Counted from the first letter of the stretch, positions 13,053 through 27,480 are shown. The stretch: DNA of 64,000 nucleotides from Paraspadella gotoi (GCA_051294375.1 CM119270.1:19157593-19221592), one strand, 5' to 3'. Numbers and translations: made by a program. The notes: generated from the letters alone by a model not told the origin.

Positions 13053-14493
13053 TATAAAATATATAATATAAAATTTATCTTTCTTTTTAGACGCAGCTCT
13101 CAATAAAGACGGCTCCTTCAAGGTAAGTTAATAATTAACAATACAAACATATGAACTTACCCTAATCTCAACTCCTGTTTGGTCAAGGATCCCCGAGCTG
13201 AAGCCGCGCGTCGAATGACCGTTACTCTCATCGTCGTCTCACTCACTTATTCTCTCCTCGAACTTCCCAACGCAATCGTGAAGGTCAGTTAATAAAGTAT
13301 TTAAACAATTATGAATGTATATATATCGTTACGTTAAGAACGACGCGGCATTTTTTTTTTATCCCGACTCTATAATTCACTTTGTCGGTCCGTCGGTCCG
13401 CCCTCTCTATATTGTCGGGCAACCACATAAATCATGTCAGAATATCGAATTATGATAAATTATGCAAAAAAAAAACAACGATGTCCGTTCGTCCGTCTGT
13501 CTGTCCATCTGTCTGTCTGTCCGTCCGTCCGTCCCACCTTAGCAAAAAACTCCAATTACTCATTATTGGATGGATGGATTGGATTAACGTAGGCAGATCC
13601 GACATTTTTTTTTATCTAAAAAAAACCACGATGACAGTGACAATGCACAGTGATACAATAAAATGACCTAATAAGACATCAAAGCTCTATAGAAATATAC
13701 ACGACATGACTAAAATGATGTAAATGACGTATAGTAAAAGACGTAAATAGAATAGAATAGAAAAATCTTTTCTTTTTAAATGACCTTATGACTAACATGG
13801 CAGATCCGGCAGATCCGGCAGATCCGACAGTGTTTGCTCAAGCTCGTTTTTACATTAATACCAAAAACAGTATTGACAAAATCAGAAACAGCATCGGTGT
13901 ATCAACCGCTTAACGTCGCTTATTTTTTAATGCGCCGCACAATGTTTAATTTTATGGTCTTTTCCGGCAGACCCTCTCGGCAACGAGGTATTATCCCATT
14001 GAAAGTCTAAATCATCCAACGACTTTTCAATTCCTCGCCATGATCTGCTGTCAGGTCAGTTTGCTAAATTTCCTGATACTCACAGCAGATTATAAAAAAA
14101 AACAAAAACATAAAGATATAAAAAGAATGATATCGAAGAGAAATCATCATACTGCAATATGCAAATGAGATTGAAGGGAATCTTTTCAATTTTTTTTTAG
14201 CATTGACCAGGAAGCAGTTTTTCTACTTGACTCTCCCAATAGCTTGTCCATCCCTTCAACCTTCCCTTTTACCTCATCAGTTGAACCACTCCATCAACTT
14301 CTTCCTCTACATCATCTCCGGCAAACTCTTTCGCGCTCACGCCAAGAGGATCTTCGGTTGCGGCTTCTTCTTCGTCGACGACGAGACGATGACAAAGACG
14401 ACGACGATTTCCTCCAACGCGAAGAGCAGCTCGGGCGGGAACTCCAAGGCGGCGGGGATGTCCCTTAAAAATCCTTCCTTTGAGTCGACTTGA
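9678..14493 (+). CDS. Class A (rhodopsin-like) GPCR, FMRFamide/sex-peptide-receptor-like neuropeptide receptor, 7 exons, ~379 aa
   Basis: Exons 9678-9997, 10850-11025, 11379-11508, 12202-12322, 13188-13283, 13971-14054 and 14281-14493 are all GT-AG and phase-compatible (1140 nt). Motifs: TM1 GN, TM2 LAVFD, TM3 C...NWIIVVLTLDRM, TM4 NFPRFW, TM5 YFVIP..L...N, TM6 RMTVTL...ELP, TM7 NHSINFFLY, helix 8 GKLFR. Confidence 0.92.
10594..10835 (+). repeat. 34-bp minisatellite (ccaccatcccggccaacccctcttcaccactcat), about 7 copies, in GPCR intron 1
   Basis: Tandem units are visible immediately upstream of the exon 2 acceptor. Confidence 0.85.
11971..12070. repeat. (AG)n microsatellite
   Basis: Directly visible. 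Confidence 0.95.
13365..13850 (+). mobile_element. Non-autonomous interspersed repeat (DINE/Helentron-like) with (GTCC)n tract and aaatgac repeats
   Basis: Starts cgactctata...tgtcggtccgtcggtcc, contains a (gtcc/gtct)n tract, and ends ggcagatccgacagtgtttgctcaagctcgttt. The same end motif recurs at ~69-106 and ~6531-6566, and related aaatgac arrays occur at 21930-22380. The class assignment is inference. Confidence 0.5.
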
Positions 14494-14514
14494 AGGGGAG
14501 AAGGGAAGGAGAGA

Positions 14515-14665
14515 GGAAAAGAAAAGAAAGGAAAAGAAAGGAAAGGAAAAGAAAAGAAAAGAAAAAGAAAGGAAAAGAAAAGAAAGGAAAGGAAAGAAAG
14601 GAAAGGAAAGGAAAGGAAAGGAAAGGAAAGGAAAAGGAAAAAGGGAAAGGAAAGGAAAGGAAAAG

Positions 14666-14699
<34 letters not shown>

Positions 14700-14800
14700 G
14701 AAAAAAGAAAAAGAAAAAGAGACAAAATAAGAGAAGAGAAGAGACGAAAAGAAAAAAAATTAGGGAAGAAAACTGAAGTGAAAAGAAAAAAAATGATAGG
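14515..14800. repeat. (GAAAA/GGAAA)n pentanucleotide purine tract after the GPCR stop
   Basis: Directly visible. Confidence 0.9.
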
Positions 14801-15996
14801 AAATGAAATTAAATAAAATAAGAAAAAAAAACGAAAAAGTAATTAAAATAATAGTTATTAAAAAAAGAAGTTAAAAGGGAAGTAATCGAATAGTAGACAA
14901 ATAGAATCGAATTTAAATTTATATTGACAATTATTACCATATCCAAGTCGATACACGCCGACGACGCGAATAATGTCGATTATCTAAAAATAAGAAAATA
15001 AATTGTGGGGGAGAATTGATTGTACATTTAGTCAAATGTTTAAAACACAATTATCCCCTTTCGTTTAGACTGTATACACCTTGTAATTCTCCCTGTCTTC
15101 TCTCGCGTCGGTAATTCTCTGAAAAAAATTCCCAGTTTCTAAGCAACATATCTATCATTTCGTCATAAATATTCAAGTTGTCTACTACGCATATGTTTCC
15201 CAATATTTCTTCATGTCTTCATAAGATCTCAACTATTCAGACAGCTTTTAACGTTTGTGCGATCGTGAATATTTTTTTTTCACTGTGTCCCTCTTAGCTC
15301 ACTGTGATCGTCGCTTTTGTCGTCAACGGCATTCCATTATTATTGGCAACTGTGAAATAAAAAGCCGAATTCGTTCGAAGAATAACATTTAACTAAAGCA
15401 ACTGATTAAATAAAGTTTTAATTAGTTTTTTGACATTGACAAATACTCTGTGATTTGACCTTGAAAGCTCAAGAAGAGATAAAATGAAAAGAGAGTCAGT
15501 CAGGTGATACTGCGTTATCCACTTTTATCGGATCCAAAGTTCGACTTTCGAAGTACAGGGATGTCCGACTAAAAGAAACAAAAATCTGACTTTATTCTTT
15601 CGAGTGTATACTTTTAACTAAGGCAGGAATTCGCGATCAATGATTTTTTTTCGTGCAAGAATATGTTAATTCGTTTTTTCTTTTCGGAAAACTGAATCGA
15701 TCATCGTGACACGACTGTCGAAGTTAAAAACAAACTCGCATTTTTTAATACAAACTATAAAAAAATTTACGAAAATAAACAGAAAAAGTAAAGTCGGAAT
15801 CCGCTGTAGGTTTCGACCCGCCTATCGATAGTATAAAGAACTCGGATCTGTGACACCCACTTTCTGCTTGAGTCGCGCGAAAAGCAAAAAAAAAAATACG
15901 ATCACTTTATAATTTTTTAAAAAATAAACAAATTCAACGAAGAAAATTCGAATCAATCAATTCCCGAACCAATCAAATATCTAACCAATCAAAGCC

Positions 15997-16264
15997 ATGG
16001 AAACCGCGACGCAAGAATTCGAGACGCAATCGACGATAGCGTCTTTCGAAGTAAAAAGATTCTCCGCCGAAGACGAGGACGAGATGGCGCTGGAGGTGGC
16101 GAGAGAAGTCACGCAGACCGTGACGTCTAGCGTGACGCAGAGCTTGTCGTCCAGCGTGACGTCCAGCGTGACGTCTACCGTAATGCGGGAGATGGAAGTG
16201 ACGGCGCGAGCGACGCCGAACATCGAGATGAGGAATCAGCAGCCGAAGAGACATTCGAGGATGG
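15997..16264 (+). CDS. Candidate alternative first coding exon A of the reticulon gene (METATQEF...RHSRM)
   Basis: gccATGg start, GC-rich acidic/Ser-Thr ORF, and donor G|GTGAGT in phase 1, compatible with the phase-1 RHD acceptor at 28676. Confidence 0.6.
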
Positions 16265-17432
16265 GTGAGTTGCAGTGAGTGGGTGATGGGAGGAGGTGGG
16301 GTGGGGGTGGAAGGTCGTTTGGATGGGAAGTGGGTATTGAGGGAATTTTGGGTCAGATCGTGGGAGGAATGAGAAGAGAAAGCGGAAGCTGAATTGAGGT
16401 AAGCTTGTTCTAACTTTGGGTAAGAGAATTCTTTTTCCTTAAGTGACTGAGAATTCGACATGTGCCTGCAGCGCTGGTAAGTCCGTTTCGCGTTTAAACT
16501 GCAAAATGTTCACCTCACCTTCCGTATTCATTGCGATATTCAGGACGTTGATAGCTAAAAACAAAAGGTAGAGAGTTTAGTAATGAGTAATGATTTGCCT
16601 TTTCCGAGAAAAGCCCCATTAGGACAATTAATCATCCAAAACCTGGGCCTCCTCTTTTTTAAATTCGTTCAGAAACGACCCTGAGGCAACATTTCGGCCA
16701 ACGAGGTTCGTAAATCACATATTTTGACCTCAAGAACGAATCTATTTGGTGGTTGGGTTTTTTAAAGAAAATTTTCAGAAATTTTGGGATTTTTTAATTC
16801 ATTTTACAACGATCCTCAGATTTTCTAGAAAAAAACAAAAAAACAAAAAACAAAGAAAACAAAAAAAGCTTTAGCGTATTTATTAATCTGATTTTAAATT
16901 CTTTTTGTATTCTTTTTAGAATACAAAATAAAAAGCTAATATAATAGATGAGATCTTATGTAAATTTTTTTTCAAATATTTCGGCATATATTTTTCTAAC
17001 ATCATCAGAGAAGTCAGTCAGTTAGTTATTCCTATACCGAAAATTAACATAAGATCTTAATATACTCCCTGTGCTTGTGATGACGTTTAAAGAACTAACA
17101 TAACAAATTGTTTACTTCACAGTACAAAAAGAATTAATATTTCAAAATATTGTATATAATTCAAAGAAAAACCTTAAAAACTTTTTTCTCCTCTCGAAAT
17201 TCCGATCTTTTTTTTTCTTGTTCCGATTTTAACTTAATCTCATCGCTTCTTTTGTTCCTGCGATATTTGCCAACGACCAAGTCCATCTGCGCACGCCATG
17301 CATCAGCGGAAACGAGCAAGAGTAGCCATGACAAAAAATAGGCGGGAAGCAAGGATGCTGATTATATTGCTTGCGATGCGAGAGAGAGGGAGAAAGAGAA
17401 ACCGTGTGTTGTTGGTTCCACTTATCAGAGCG

Positions 17433-17556
<124 letters not shown>

Positions 17557-18239
17557 CGCTCTCAACGCGTCGGTTTTCGCAATCTCTTTTGTGAGCGCAA
17601 ACCTCGCGTGCTTGCTCTCGGCTCATAAAAAAAATAGAAATCGCGCTGCTATTTTGTCTAAAAGACGTAATTCTCTGATTCTCCCGCCAGAGCGGACCCT
17701 GGTCTTCGCTTTCTTTCTTTTCTTTCATGTGATCGACCATCTGACTCGAGACTTGGATGATTGGTCTTAATTTTCTCATCTTAAATTTTTAAATTTTTTT
17801 CCCTAATTTTCCGCCAACTGAAAATCTTCGTTCCGAGAAAAACCGGTTTTAGACCGAGAAGTAATCTCGCTAAAGAATAAAGAAAAACAGGTTTTTTTTC
17901 CTTCTTCCTCGTTTCGAACTCGAGCTCGTCGAAAAATTCCGACCAATCGGCTCCTCTCCTCAACTCTCGATTCGCAGAACATTATCATAACATCATCCCC
18001 CTAGTCCTTTTTTCATTGTTTCCGGACGACGACTTTGCGAAAGAGGACCCTCTCGCTCTCTCTCTCTCTCTCTTTCATTCGGATACACCTCTCGACTCGA
18101 TCCTCGACCCACTCTCTCTCTCTTTCTCTCGATCGTTTTTTTTTTTTCTCCTCAAACGTCTCCGTCTCTATATCTCTTTGTCTCCTCGACGCATCTTCGG
18201 GCGATCCGCTTCTCACCGCAACCTTCGGCCAACGTCTTC

Positions 18240-18342
18240 ATGTTCGCCGCGGCCTCCGAGTGGTGCGCCTACCTCTACGAGTCCATTGTTCCGTCGACGT
18301 CTTCGGAGAAGATGGACCTGGCCTCCAGACTTCACCCCGCGG
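18240..18342 (+). CDS. Candidate alternative first coding exon B of reticulon (MFAAASEW...SRLHPA)
   Basis: Donor G|GTGAGT in phase 1. Splicing gives SRLHPAVVDLIYWRD, and an LHP segment before the RHD resembles invertebrate reticulons. Confidence 0.65.
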
Positions 18343-18817
18343 GTGAGTTGGATGATCCCGCGGGTGATTTCGTTGTCGTTGACGAGGAAGTGAGGCTTCC
18401 TTGGTTTGGTAAGTTATCCTTGAGAGTAGAATTCATCAGACTTAGGTGGACGGGGAGGACTTGGAAAAAGAAAAGGTGAGTTAGAAGGCGGGACAAAAAC
18501 AAGGACAGAAAACTTATTTGAAATGATCCAGACTTGCTCAGAATCTCCTTGATGTCAAGACCTCTATAAAATTGGTACATCTAAAAAAAATAATAATTAA
18601 TGATAATATTTAGTCGTTATGGCTCATGACCTTTTAGAAAGACTTTTTGATCAATATCATTAAAATCCTTACTATTTTTTCAACATTGCATCTTCACTGC
18701 AAACCTCCAATGGTCAGCAACTGCACCAACTGCCAATCATTGCAATTAAACGACGCCTCGAACTAAGGCAGCTGATTCCGTTGCTGATTCCCCTGAGACC
18801 TAATCTCTTCTGCGCTG

Positions 18818-18853
<36 letters not shown>

Positions 18854-18854
18854 T

Positions 18855-18929
<75 letters not shown>

Positions 18930-19239
18930 CACGGATGAAATTTCCATCTGTCACGAAAAATCACGAGTCATGGATGTAAGGAGCGTCGACCAAAGGAATC
19001 GATTGGCGATTTGGGGTTTTAGGCGACGGGACTCGAGCTCGCCATTTCCGATTCGTTATGGTTGTTGTCGTTATTGTTGTTGTTGTTAGCATCGGTCATT
19101 TGCGTATTTCAAATCCAGGAATGTAAGACTCAACTTGTTTCTTTTTTAAACCTCCAGATTTATATCTCAGTTTGAAAGAAATAAAACTGTTGAATTCGAA
19201 AAACTGGTTACGGTCAATTTTTAAATTGACAAATGCTGA

Positions 19240-19283
<44 letters not shown>

Positions 19284-20681
19284 TTTCCTTTATCTAAAAT
19301 AAATCCGGATTTGACATATTTTATTGCATTTAAGCTTCAGCTGCTTAAACAGTTTTAAAGAACAAGCGAAAGCAGATTTGTTCAATATTACTTTTTTTAG
19401 GCTCAAACTTTTTAAGGTACTATTTCTATATTCCTTAGTCTTTTTTCCTTGTCTTTTTACTCTCTCATTTTTTTTCCTTCTACTCTTTTAATTTCTTTAA
19501 AACTAATCTTGTTATATTTGTTTCCTGGGTTTGACTGTTTGTCTTAACGTTTTTTCCCTCCTTTTATTTCCTTTTTTTTCTCTCACTCTTTCTTTTCTTT
19601 TTTTTTACTTTTAAACTGCAGAGCGAAAGATCCGATTTCCCTTTTGTTCCCTTAAAAAAAAATTATCATTAGTTCCAATTACTTCCTAATTTTAAAAATA
19701 TAAAGTGTAAGTTCAGCTGAGCCTTTCTGACCCTCGTTCAAATGAAAGCGAGACATTTTTCGGCTGTGAATGATTCACCAAAGATCGACTAAAATTAAAC
19801 CGATTTTGTCTTTCAGTAAAAACATCGATCTCGTAGTCTCATAATTTGTTGTATACTCATTTATTAATTATTTTATAAAAATTGGTACAACCAATATAAG
19901 ATTATTCATTCATTAAATACGCGAATAAGCAATCTAGATATTTAGCTATTTAACCTAATCGTTAATTATTAAACAGTATTTCACTTCTTTCATTCGCTCT
20001 ATTATGCGCTTCAACCGAACCTCAACCGAATTCGTTCGAGTTCGTTGAGCCGAAAGAAAAAAAGAAGCTCAGGACTTAAACTGAGGCGAACTCTGGGTCA
20101 AGGCCTTCGTCGTCGTCGTTGTCGTCGTCGTTGCCCGCCTTTTCGGAGGAGTTATCGTGATTATATCATCATCATCCTCTTTATCATTAGTATCATCGCT
20201 GTACGACCTTATCATCGTTGTCGAAGATATCATCGACTTTATCATTAGTATCATCGCTGTACGACCTTATCATCGTTGTCGTCGTGGAACTGAAAGTTTT
20301 TCTTGTCATCAATGCAGTTTTTATTATCGTGGTTGTCGTCGTCGCCGTCGTCGTCGTCGTCGTCGTTTCCTGTCGCTGGTTTCAATGTTCTTATCATTTT
20401 CGGAATCAATGTTTCCGTTTCCGTTTCCGTTTCCGTTTCTGTCGTCGTCGTCGTCGTCGTTATCGTCGTCCTCATTAATATTGTCGTTAGGATGTAAATT
20501 CCGAGTAGAATTCCTTTCGATTCTTGGTTGGCGTTTTTTTTTTTAATTGTTGATTCATTTTACAGTAACAACCTCAGATTTAATTGAATAAACTGAATAT
20601 GTCATTCCACACATTTATTAATTCATGTTAACATTCATGACTTTTATCTTTGCCCCTCGATAAGCCGATTTTTCTCTCTCT

Positions 20682-20755
<74 letters not shown>

Positions 20756-21122
20756 TCTCCTCTCTCTCTCGCTTCCCTTCATTGCCATGGTTACAATAAA
20801 GACCGGCTCCCGCCTGCACCATTGCAGTTAGTCACGTGATCCCCGGCTCACAATCTCCTTCGCTTCACTTTTCTTCTTTTATCATCGATTCTCATTTTTT
20901 TCAAATTCCCATTTATGATTTTTAGAGCTTTTCTCCTATTTCTTAAAACTGCTTCCCTTTCTTTCTTTTTTTCTTTTTATTTCTTTCTTTTTTTTGGGTT
21001 TGTTTTCATGTTTCCTTTTATTGTTTCTTGGTAATTTTCTTCCAATATTTCTTCCAATATTTATTTATTTATTTAAATGTTTAATTATTTAATTATTTAA
21101 TTATTTAATTATTTAATGTTTT

Positions 21123-21156
<34 letters not shown>

Positions 21157-21182
21157 TTTATTTATTTATTTATTTATTTCAT

Positions 21183-21217
<35 letters not shown>

Positions 21218-21246
21218 TTTTTTTCTTTCTTTTCTTTCTTTCTTTT

Positions 21247-21317
<71 letters not shown>

Positions 21318-21610
21318 CTCTTTCATTGTCTTTTTTTTCACCACTCTCTCTTTCGCCGGTACAGTACTTGTCGACCCTCTTTGAGTATTCAAAGCACAAA
21401 TCACATTTCGTTGCGGTTTTTCTGGCCACCAATCAAAAAAGAGTACCACACGACGACGACCAATGAAAGATAGATAAACTGCGAATGGTTGACCAATCGG
21501 CGACGACTTTTCCGCCTTTTCGACGTGAAAGAAAAGGGGGGCGCTTCAGTGGGGGAGTTACAACCCGAGAAAATCAAACTAGACGGTCAACGCGCCATTT
21601 GTGGAAGAGG

Positions 21611-21700
<90 letters not shown>

Positions 21701-21929
21701 AGAATGAGTTATAGGGACGAAGTCATGAGATTGCTTTTCGGGTAGCATGGTTCGCCATGCATGATTTGGTATTTTTTAATACATTTTAAAATACGAGTTT
21801 CAGATTACGATTTGGTCACTGATTTACATTTATTTATTAATTTTATTATTTTAACTCCGAAATTGTGCCAGATCTGTCACACAGTATGCTTAGTCTTAAT
21901 TAGAGATCTCAATTTTTTTTATTTCAAAA

Positions 21930-22380
21930 ATAATAAAAACAGAGGATACATAATGACGTAAAGTGACGTAAAAGACTAAAATGACCCAAAATGACATAAC
22001 GACATAAAATGACATGATGACACAATGACGTAATGAATAAAAGACTAAACATGACTTAAATGACTAAAATTACATAAATGACACAAAATAATAAATTGAC
22101 ATAAAAGGACCAAATGATAACAAATGATGCCAAATGATACCAAATCTCAATATTTTTTTATTTTATTTCAAAAATATTAAAAAAAGAGTTAACATAATGA
22201 CGTACAGTGACGCAAAGACAATATTTTTTTTTTTTAATTTCAAAAATAATAAAAACACAGGTTACATAATGACATAAAATGACATAAAAGACAACGACCT
22301 TATGAATAAAATGACCCAAAATGATATAACGACATACAATGACATGTCACAATGACGCAATGACGCAAAGACAATATGGT
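21930..22380 (+). repeat. aaatgac(a/g)t ~10-bp repeat array with internal duplications, dispersed repeat family
   Basis: Three related blocks begin tttcaaaaa(taa)taaaaa..acataatgacg; similar to 13620-13800. Confidence 0.7.
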
Positions 22381-23351
22381 ACTGGCAATTTCACAGCGTC
22401 TCGCAGCTTTCATTATTAATCGTATGTGATATAACTTTGCAAAATGAGTTTCGTAATCTTCATTTTTCTGTTCGCAAGCATCATCCGATCTAAGAATATT
22501 TTTCTTTTTAAATTATAAACTGCAAAATATTAAGAGTCAGTTTAAAAGGTTCTCAAAAAAGTAAATATTATTAAAAAAATGTTAAGTATTGCTTCATACA
22601 AAACTAGCTTTACTGCAATATGCAAATTAGATTTTTGAAACACGAAACTGATATCTCACTCTCAGTCCCATGAATCAACGTCGTTCGCCGGTTAGAAGCG
22701 GAAAAAAAAACGCTCATTGCATCGACTTTTAAATTTTTCTTTTTATTTATTTTGATTTTTTATATTTTTTTTTTTTACATTTTCGTTTCTTCGATAAAAT
22801 CAAAGGTTCAGAGCTTTCGTGATGGATGATCACCGGAGCGGATCGCTACCCCCTCCGCCCCTCCCTCCCTTCCTTCATAGCTTTGCCCCTCATCGCTCCG
22901 CCCCCGCGCTATCCATCTCTCTATCCACACTAACCCCCTCACCCAACCAACCCACCAACTATCTCGCTCTTATCCGCCGGTTTTCGCCCTCGAAGCTCTG
23001 TGAACAATCCGGGAGAGGGGGGGAAGCTTTTTTTTTTTTTAATATTCTGTGCAACGATAGAGAGCGAGATACAATTTTGTTGTCGAAATTTCGAGTTTCG
23101 AGAAGAAGAAGAAGAAAAAAAAGGAATAAAAGTTGTTGTTTCTTTGACTCGGGAAGAATTTGAAGAGAACTGTCGCCGGGGAAATCGAAAATAAAAAAAA
23201 ACAAAACAAAACAAAATAACAAAACAACGAAACGTTACATAGAAAAATAAAACTCTTAAAAAAATACGGAAAATATTAAATTCGAATCAGTAAAAAGTCG
23301 AGAAAAAAAAAATTTTGATTGAAATTTTGATGAAAATCTAAAGTTGCGACG

Positions 23352-23364
23352 ATGAAGGCCGAAG
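23352..23364 (+). CDS. Candidate minimal first coding exon C of reticulon (MKAE)
   Basis: acgATGAAGGCCGAAG|GTAAGG is a strong phase-1 donor and gives MKAEVVDLIYWRD, like short RTN-C-type isoforms. Confidence 0.55.
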
Positions 23365-23491
23365 GTAAGGAGCTAGAAAAGAAGTAAGAGCCGGGTGAAT
23401 TAAGGCCGGTCCCTGGGTTTCGTTGTTGGTTGCTGGCACAAATTGTTTACGTTAGTTGGAGAGAGAGAGCAGGAGAGACGAGAGAGAGAGA

Positions 23492-23536
<45 letters not shown>

Positions 23537-23819
23537 TTTCTGTACCACAGCCGATGCCAGTACAAACAGAAAATGATTACAATTTCGCTTCCAATTCGAT
23601 GCCACTCAAATTTTTCAGCTAAAATTGAGTTGAATCATTTTGTAAAATTAAATGCTTTATAGTATAAGGCCTATCTAGGCTTTATAATATAGTATATGTA
23701 CTGACTAACTATTGTAAATTTAAAACTGTACCTTTGTAAATATTCATTTGGTTAAAGTTATAGTTAAAACAGAGACCTTTTTCTCTTTTAGAGATCTTTT
23801 TTTTACGTGTCAGTATCTT

Positions 23820-23940
23820 AATTGAAAATAAAGACGATTCGATTTGTAATATGAATGAAGGCTTGCCTTAAAGCCGAAACATGTCCTGCGATATTACAAA
23901 TCAAATCGTTGTTGATAAAACTTCGTCTTTATTTTCAATT
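23820..23940. mobile_element. Palindromic Penelope-like fragment with hammerhead-type core
   Basis: Perfect 18-bp outer inverted repeat aattgaaaataaagacga / tcgtctttattttcaatt and inner gatttgtaat / attacaaatc. The centre is tgaaGGCTT-gcctta-AAGCC-GAAACATGTC. Confidence 0.5.
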
Positions 23941-24173
23941 ATCAAAAACACAACGAAAATAAAGAACTTTCCCAATGTATTAGTAATTGTAACAGTAATT
24001 GATTAAAATATTGAATATTAAATCTCACTAAGTCGGCATTTTTCGCTGCGCGACGCATCAGCTGAAAAAGCCGCTTCGTCTTTGCAGGTCCGGCGTCATA
24101 ACTGTAAATTCCCGGTCGCCAGACTGTAAGTGGACTCCCCAGTATTTCAAAACTGCAACCGACAGCAACTTTT

Positions 24174-24232
<59 letters not shown>

Positions 24233-24298
24233 TCATTTCTGCTTTTTTTCATAAACAGAAAATATTTTTCCTGCGCGAATCTGGAAAGACTCCGTTTC

Positions 24299-24383
<85 letters not shown>

Positions 24384-25488
24384 ATGAATGTACATTTTAA
24401 ATTTTTTTCACACTAATCAGTTTAACGGTTAAGAGAATTTAAAAGGTCAATACATTTTATTTTAAGGAGGTTATTCTCCTCTCTCCGGTTTTAACGGAAA
24501 AGAAAGAAAATTATCCATTCATTTATTGAATAAGCTATCTCTCACAATCTTGTTTATTCACTCCCAGTGAACCTGTTCTTTCAAAAAGAGACTTTATATC
24601 GAAAGGCGAGCTCAATTTACGATTCTTTTCCGGTTCCCTTTCACCGTCCGATTTTCGAATTAATTCTTCTCATCAAGCAAACGACCAAGCATTTAAAGAG
24701 CTCGTCCAATACTCGTTCTCTATTTCGTTCGTCCTTTAATCCTTTTTCCATATTTATTTATTTTTTTTCTTTTCATTTTTTTTTTCATGATCTCTTTTCG
24801 TGTTGTTTCGTCATCGACTTTTTCATGATGAAAAAAAAAGAAAAAAAAAGAAAAAAAAGAAAAAAAGGAAATGCGACTATTCTTTTTCATCTAAAACGAT
24901 GGATCCAAGTTTGTACGAAGGAAACCGCGACAAATTCCATGTGCAGGGAAAAGGTTCAAAGCCAATGACCCAAGATTGATGAGTCAACCCCTTGGGTGGG
25001 GAGCTCCCGGTCTCGCCGCAAAAGCTCCGTGGAAACTCTCGTCATTTTTGGGAGAATCGCCAACTCGCCGTCTCGTTCTCGTAGAGTCGGAACATTTATG
25101 TTTTCTTGCGTGTTTTCTAATAAAATTTTTATTAGCATTTTGAAATATTTATCTCTAAAAATTCCGTCCTCCACTATTCACAAATGATATATGTGACCAC
25201 GTTAAAATTAAATATTATATTAAATAAATGCATTTATATTTGATAAAGAGACGACCAAATCGAATTTTTAACCAACTTATTCGTAAAACTGACAACCGTG
25301 TTATTTCATTATATTTAAAAAAAAATATTGTCCAATACAAATGTTACACAACAAAATTGCACTAATTATAACAACATAATTCGCATAAATGGGAGAAAAA
25401 TACCACGAGGTTCCACGTCCAGTTTTTTGCCTTCCAGTAGCATCACTACATTTCACGCTCTCTCTTCTCATCTTTGCATCGCCGACAG

Positions 25489-25564
<76 letters not shown>

Positions 25565-26205
25565 CTCTCTCTCCTCTCTTCAGTTGTCAAATATTATTTC
25601 TTTATATCCATATGTTCGCTTTTTCGTCTGTCTATTTGTCTGTCTCTCTATCCGTCTTTCTGTCTGTTCGTCTCCCTCCCACGCTCTAACCATAAAACAA
25701 CCATTGAGAGAGTACTCCCAACTTAAACTGGCTCCGTTATCTGAAATTCATTCAAAGAGAAAAGAAAAAAGTGTTTTTCTTTTCTTTTTCTTTCCTTTCC
25801 TCCGTTCCTCCACTCGTGCTTTTCCTTCTTAAGTTTTTCTCTTTTTTTTCCTCCCGACTCCCTGCCTCTTTCTTCTCAACCTATGCCTTTTCTTACCGGC
25901 TTTCCTTTTTTCTTTCTTTACTTTCCTTTTCTTTTTTTTTCTTTCCTTTCTTCCATCAGCTCCTTTCCTCCGATCCTGCCTCCATCTCTTTCGCTCCAAC
26001 TTTTTCTTCTCGGCTCCACCGCGGGACGAAACCGCTCCTCCAATTTTTCTTCTCCTCCTCCTCCTCCTCATCTTCCTCCTCCTCATCGTCCTCTCGTTTC
26101 ATTTCATTTCTCCTCCTCTTCCTTTTTATTTCTTATCTCCTCTTCTTCCTCCTCCTCCTCCTCCTCTTCCTCCCCAACCGCCGGTGTTCTTGAACCGGGA
26201 CCCGA

Positions 26206-26360
26206 TATAAAAGCGCCGGCCATTTTTTTTTTGGTCAGACGCCATCTTTAGTTATTTTCTCTCTCTCTTTCTCTCACTCTCACGTCTTTCCCCCGACGAC
26301 GACGACAGCGACGACAACGACGACGATTTAATTGATTTTTTTGTCCACTTTTAAATCGAG
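26206..26360 (+). promoter_or_regulatory. TATA-containing promoter and non-coding first exon D of reticulon
   Basis: TATAAAAG at ~26207, followed by cgccatct (YY1/Inr-like) ~30 nt downstream and donor GAG|GTGAGA at 26361. No ATG lies in the exon. Confidence 0.45.
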
Positions 26361-27480
26361 GTGAGATTAAAAATTAAATTAAGGTTGTTTTTTTCTATAA
26401 TGTGAAGAACTGACCTAGTTTTTTTTTAATTTTTTTTATCTTACTCCGATTAATTATCTAATTTAATAAAATGAAAACGGTGTTCAATGGATAAATTAAT
26501 AATGAAATATCATAAAAGATAGAGTAATGTTAAAGATCTTTTAGTGAAAAGCTATTGATAATATGTTTATTAATATATTTTCGTTATAACATATCTTCTT
26601 CTTCGTTAAATTTCAAGGAGGAGCCTTCCTTTATTTTCAAAATCGACGTCTCGACCCCAACACAATTTTTTTATTTTTGGGCACAAAAATAAACAAACGA
26701 ACGAAAACAAAAACAAAAAAATCCCAAACTTTCAATTAAACTTAAGAATCAAATCAATAACGTCACTCGGTCCTCCTCTTTCTCTATTTTCTTCCTTGGT
26801 TCGGACGACGTCAATTTGTCTGCTCTTAATCATCTTATTACTGCACCCATTAAACTTCCACATAACAAACGTTCCATTTTTTTTTCAATATTGTGAAGCG
26901 AAAAAAAAAAGGTTTTTTGGTTGAACGATTTTTGAATAATAAAATAGTTATCGAAGACAGATTAATATCATAAATATAATGTAGTTACTAATTGTTTTTT
27001 CTGAGTCGCCAAAATCATTTTTAATTTCTTTCCGATCTTAACTAATGAAAGATAAATAAAATAAATGCCCACTAACAATAAATCCATTACCAGATCTATT
27101 GCTGTAGAATTTTCCAAAAATATAGAAAATAAATTTGGTGGCAAATTAAACTAATATTTAAAGAATGTCTCAGTAAATATATAGCCGAGCTAAAAAAAAA
27201 AACCGCTCAACTGAGCCTCTTTCTCTCTCTCAAGAACAAAAAAAGCATCAGAACACAATTCAATTTAAATATAAAAACCTGTAGTTTTAACAACTCGAAA
27301 ATAATACGCGTCTTTTTTAACTTATTTTCAATATATAAACTAACAAAAATAAAAAAAACAAAACTACAACAACAAAAACAACAAAAAAACACTTCTAAAC
27401 GATAATAATAAAAAAAAAAATCAAATCACCCTCTCGAAAACGGAGCTTCCACTCCGCTCCTCTTCATCTTCCCACTCAAG

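Noticed and set aside
14465-14816. Lys/Arg/Glu-rich and Phe/Ser-rich ORFs
   Set aside because: They are translations of a GAAAA pentamer tract. The same applies to the Phe-rich ORFs at 25771-26251, 30425-30740 and 36817-37242.
20045-20546. ORFs in the (GTC)n/(ATC)n region as a reticulon exon or separate gene
   Set aside because: This is low-complexity trinucleotide sequence with a local duplication and no phase-compatible splice pair identified.
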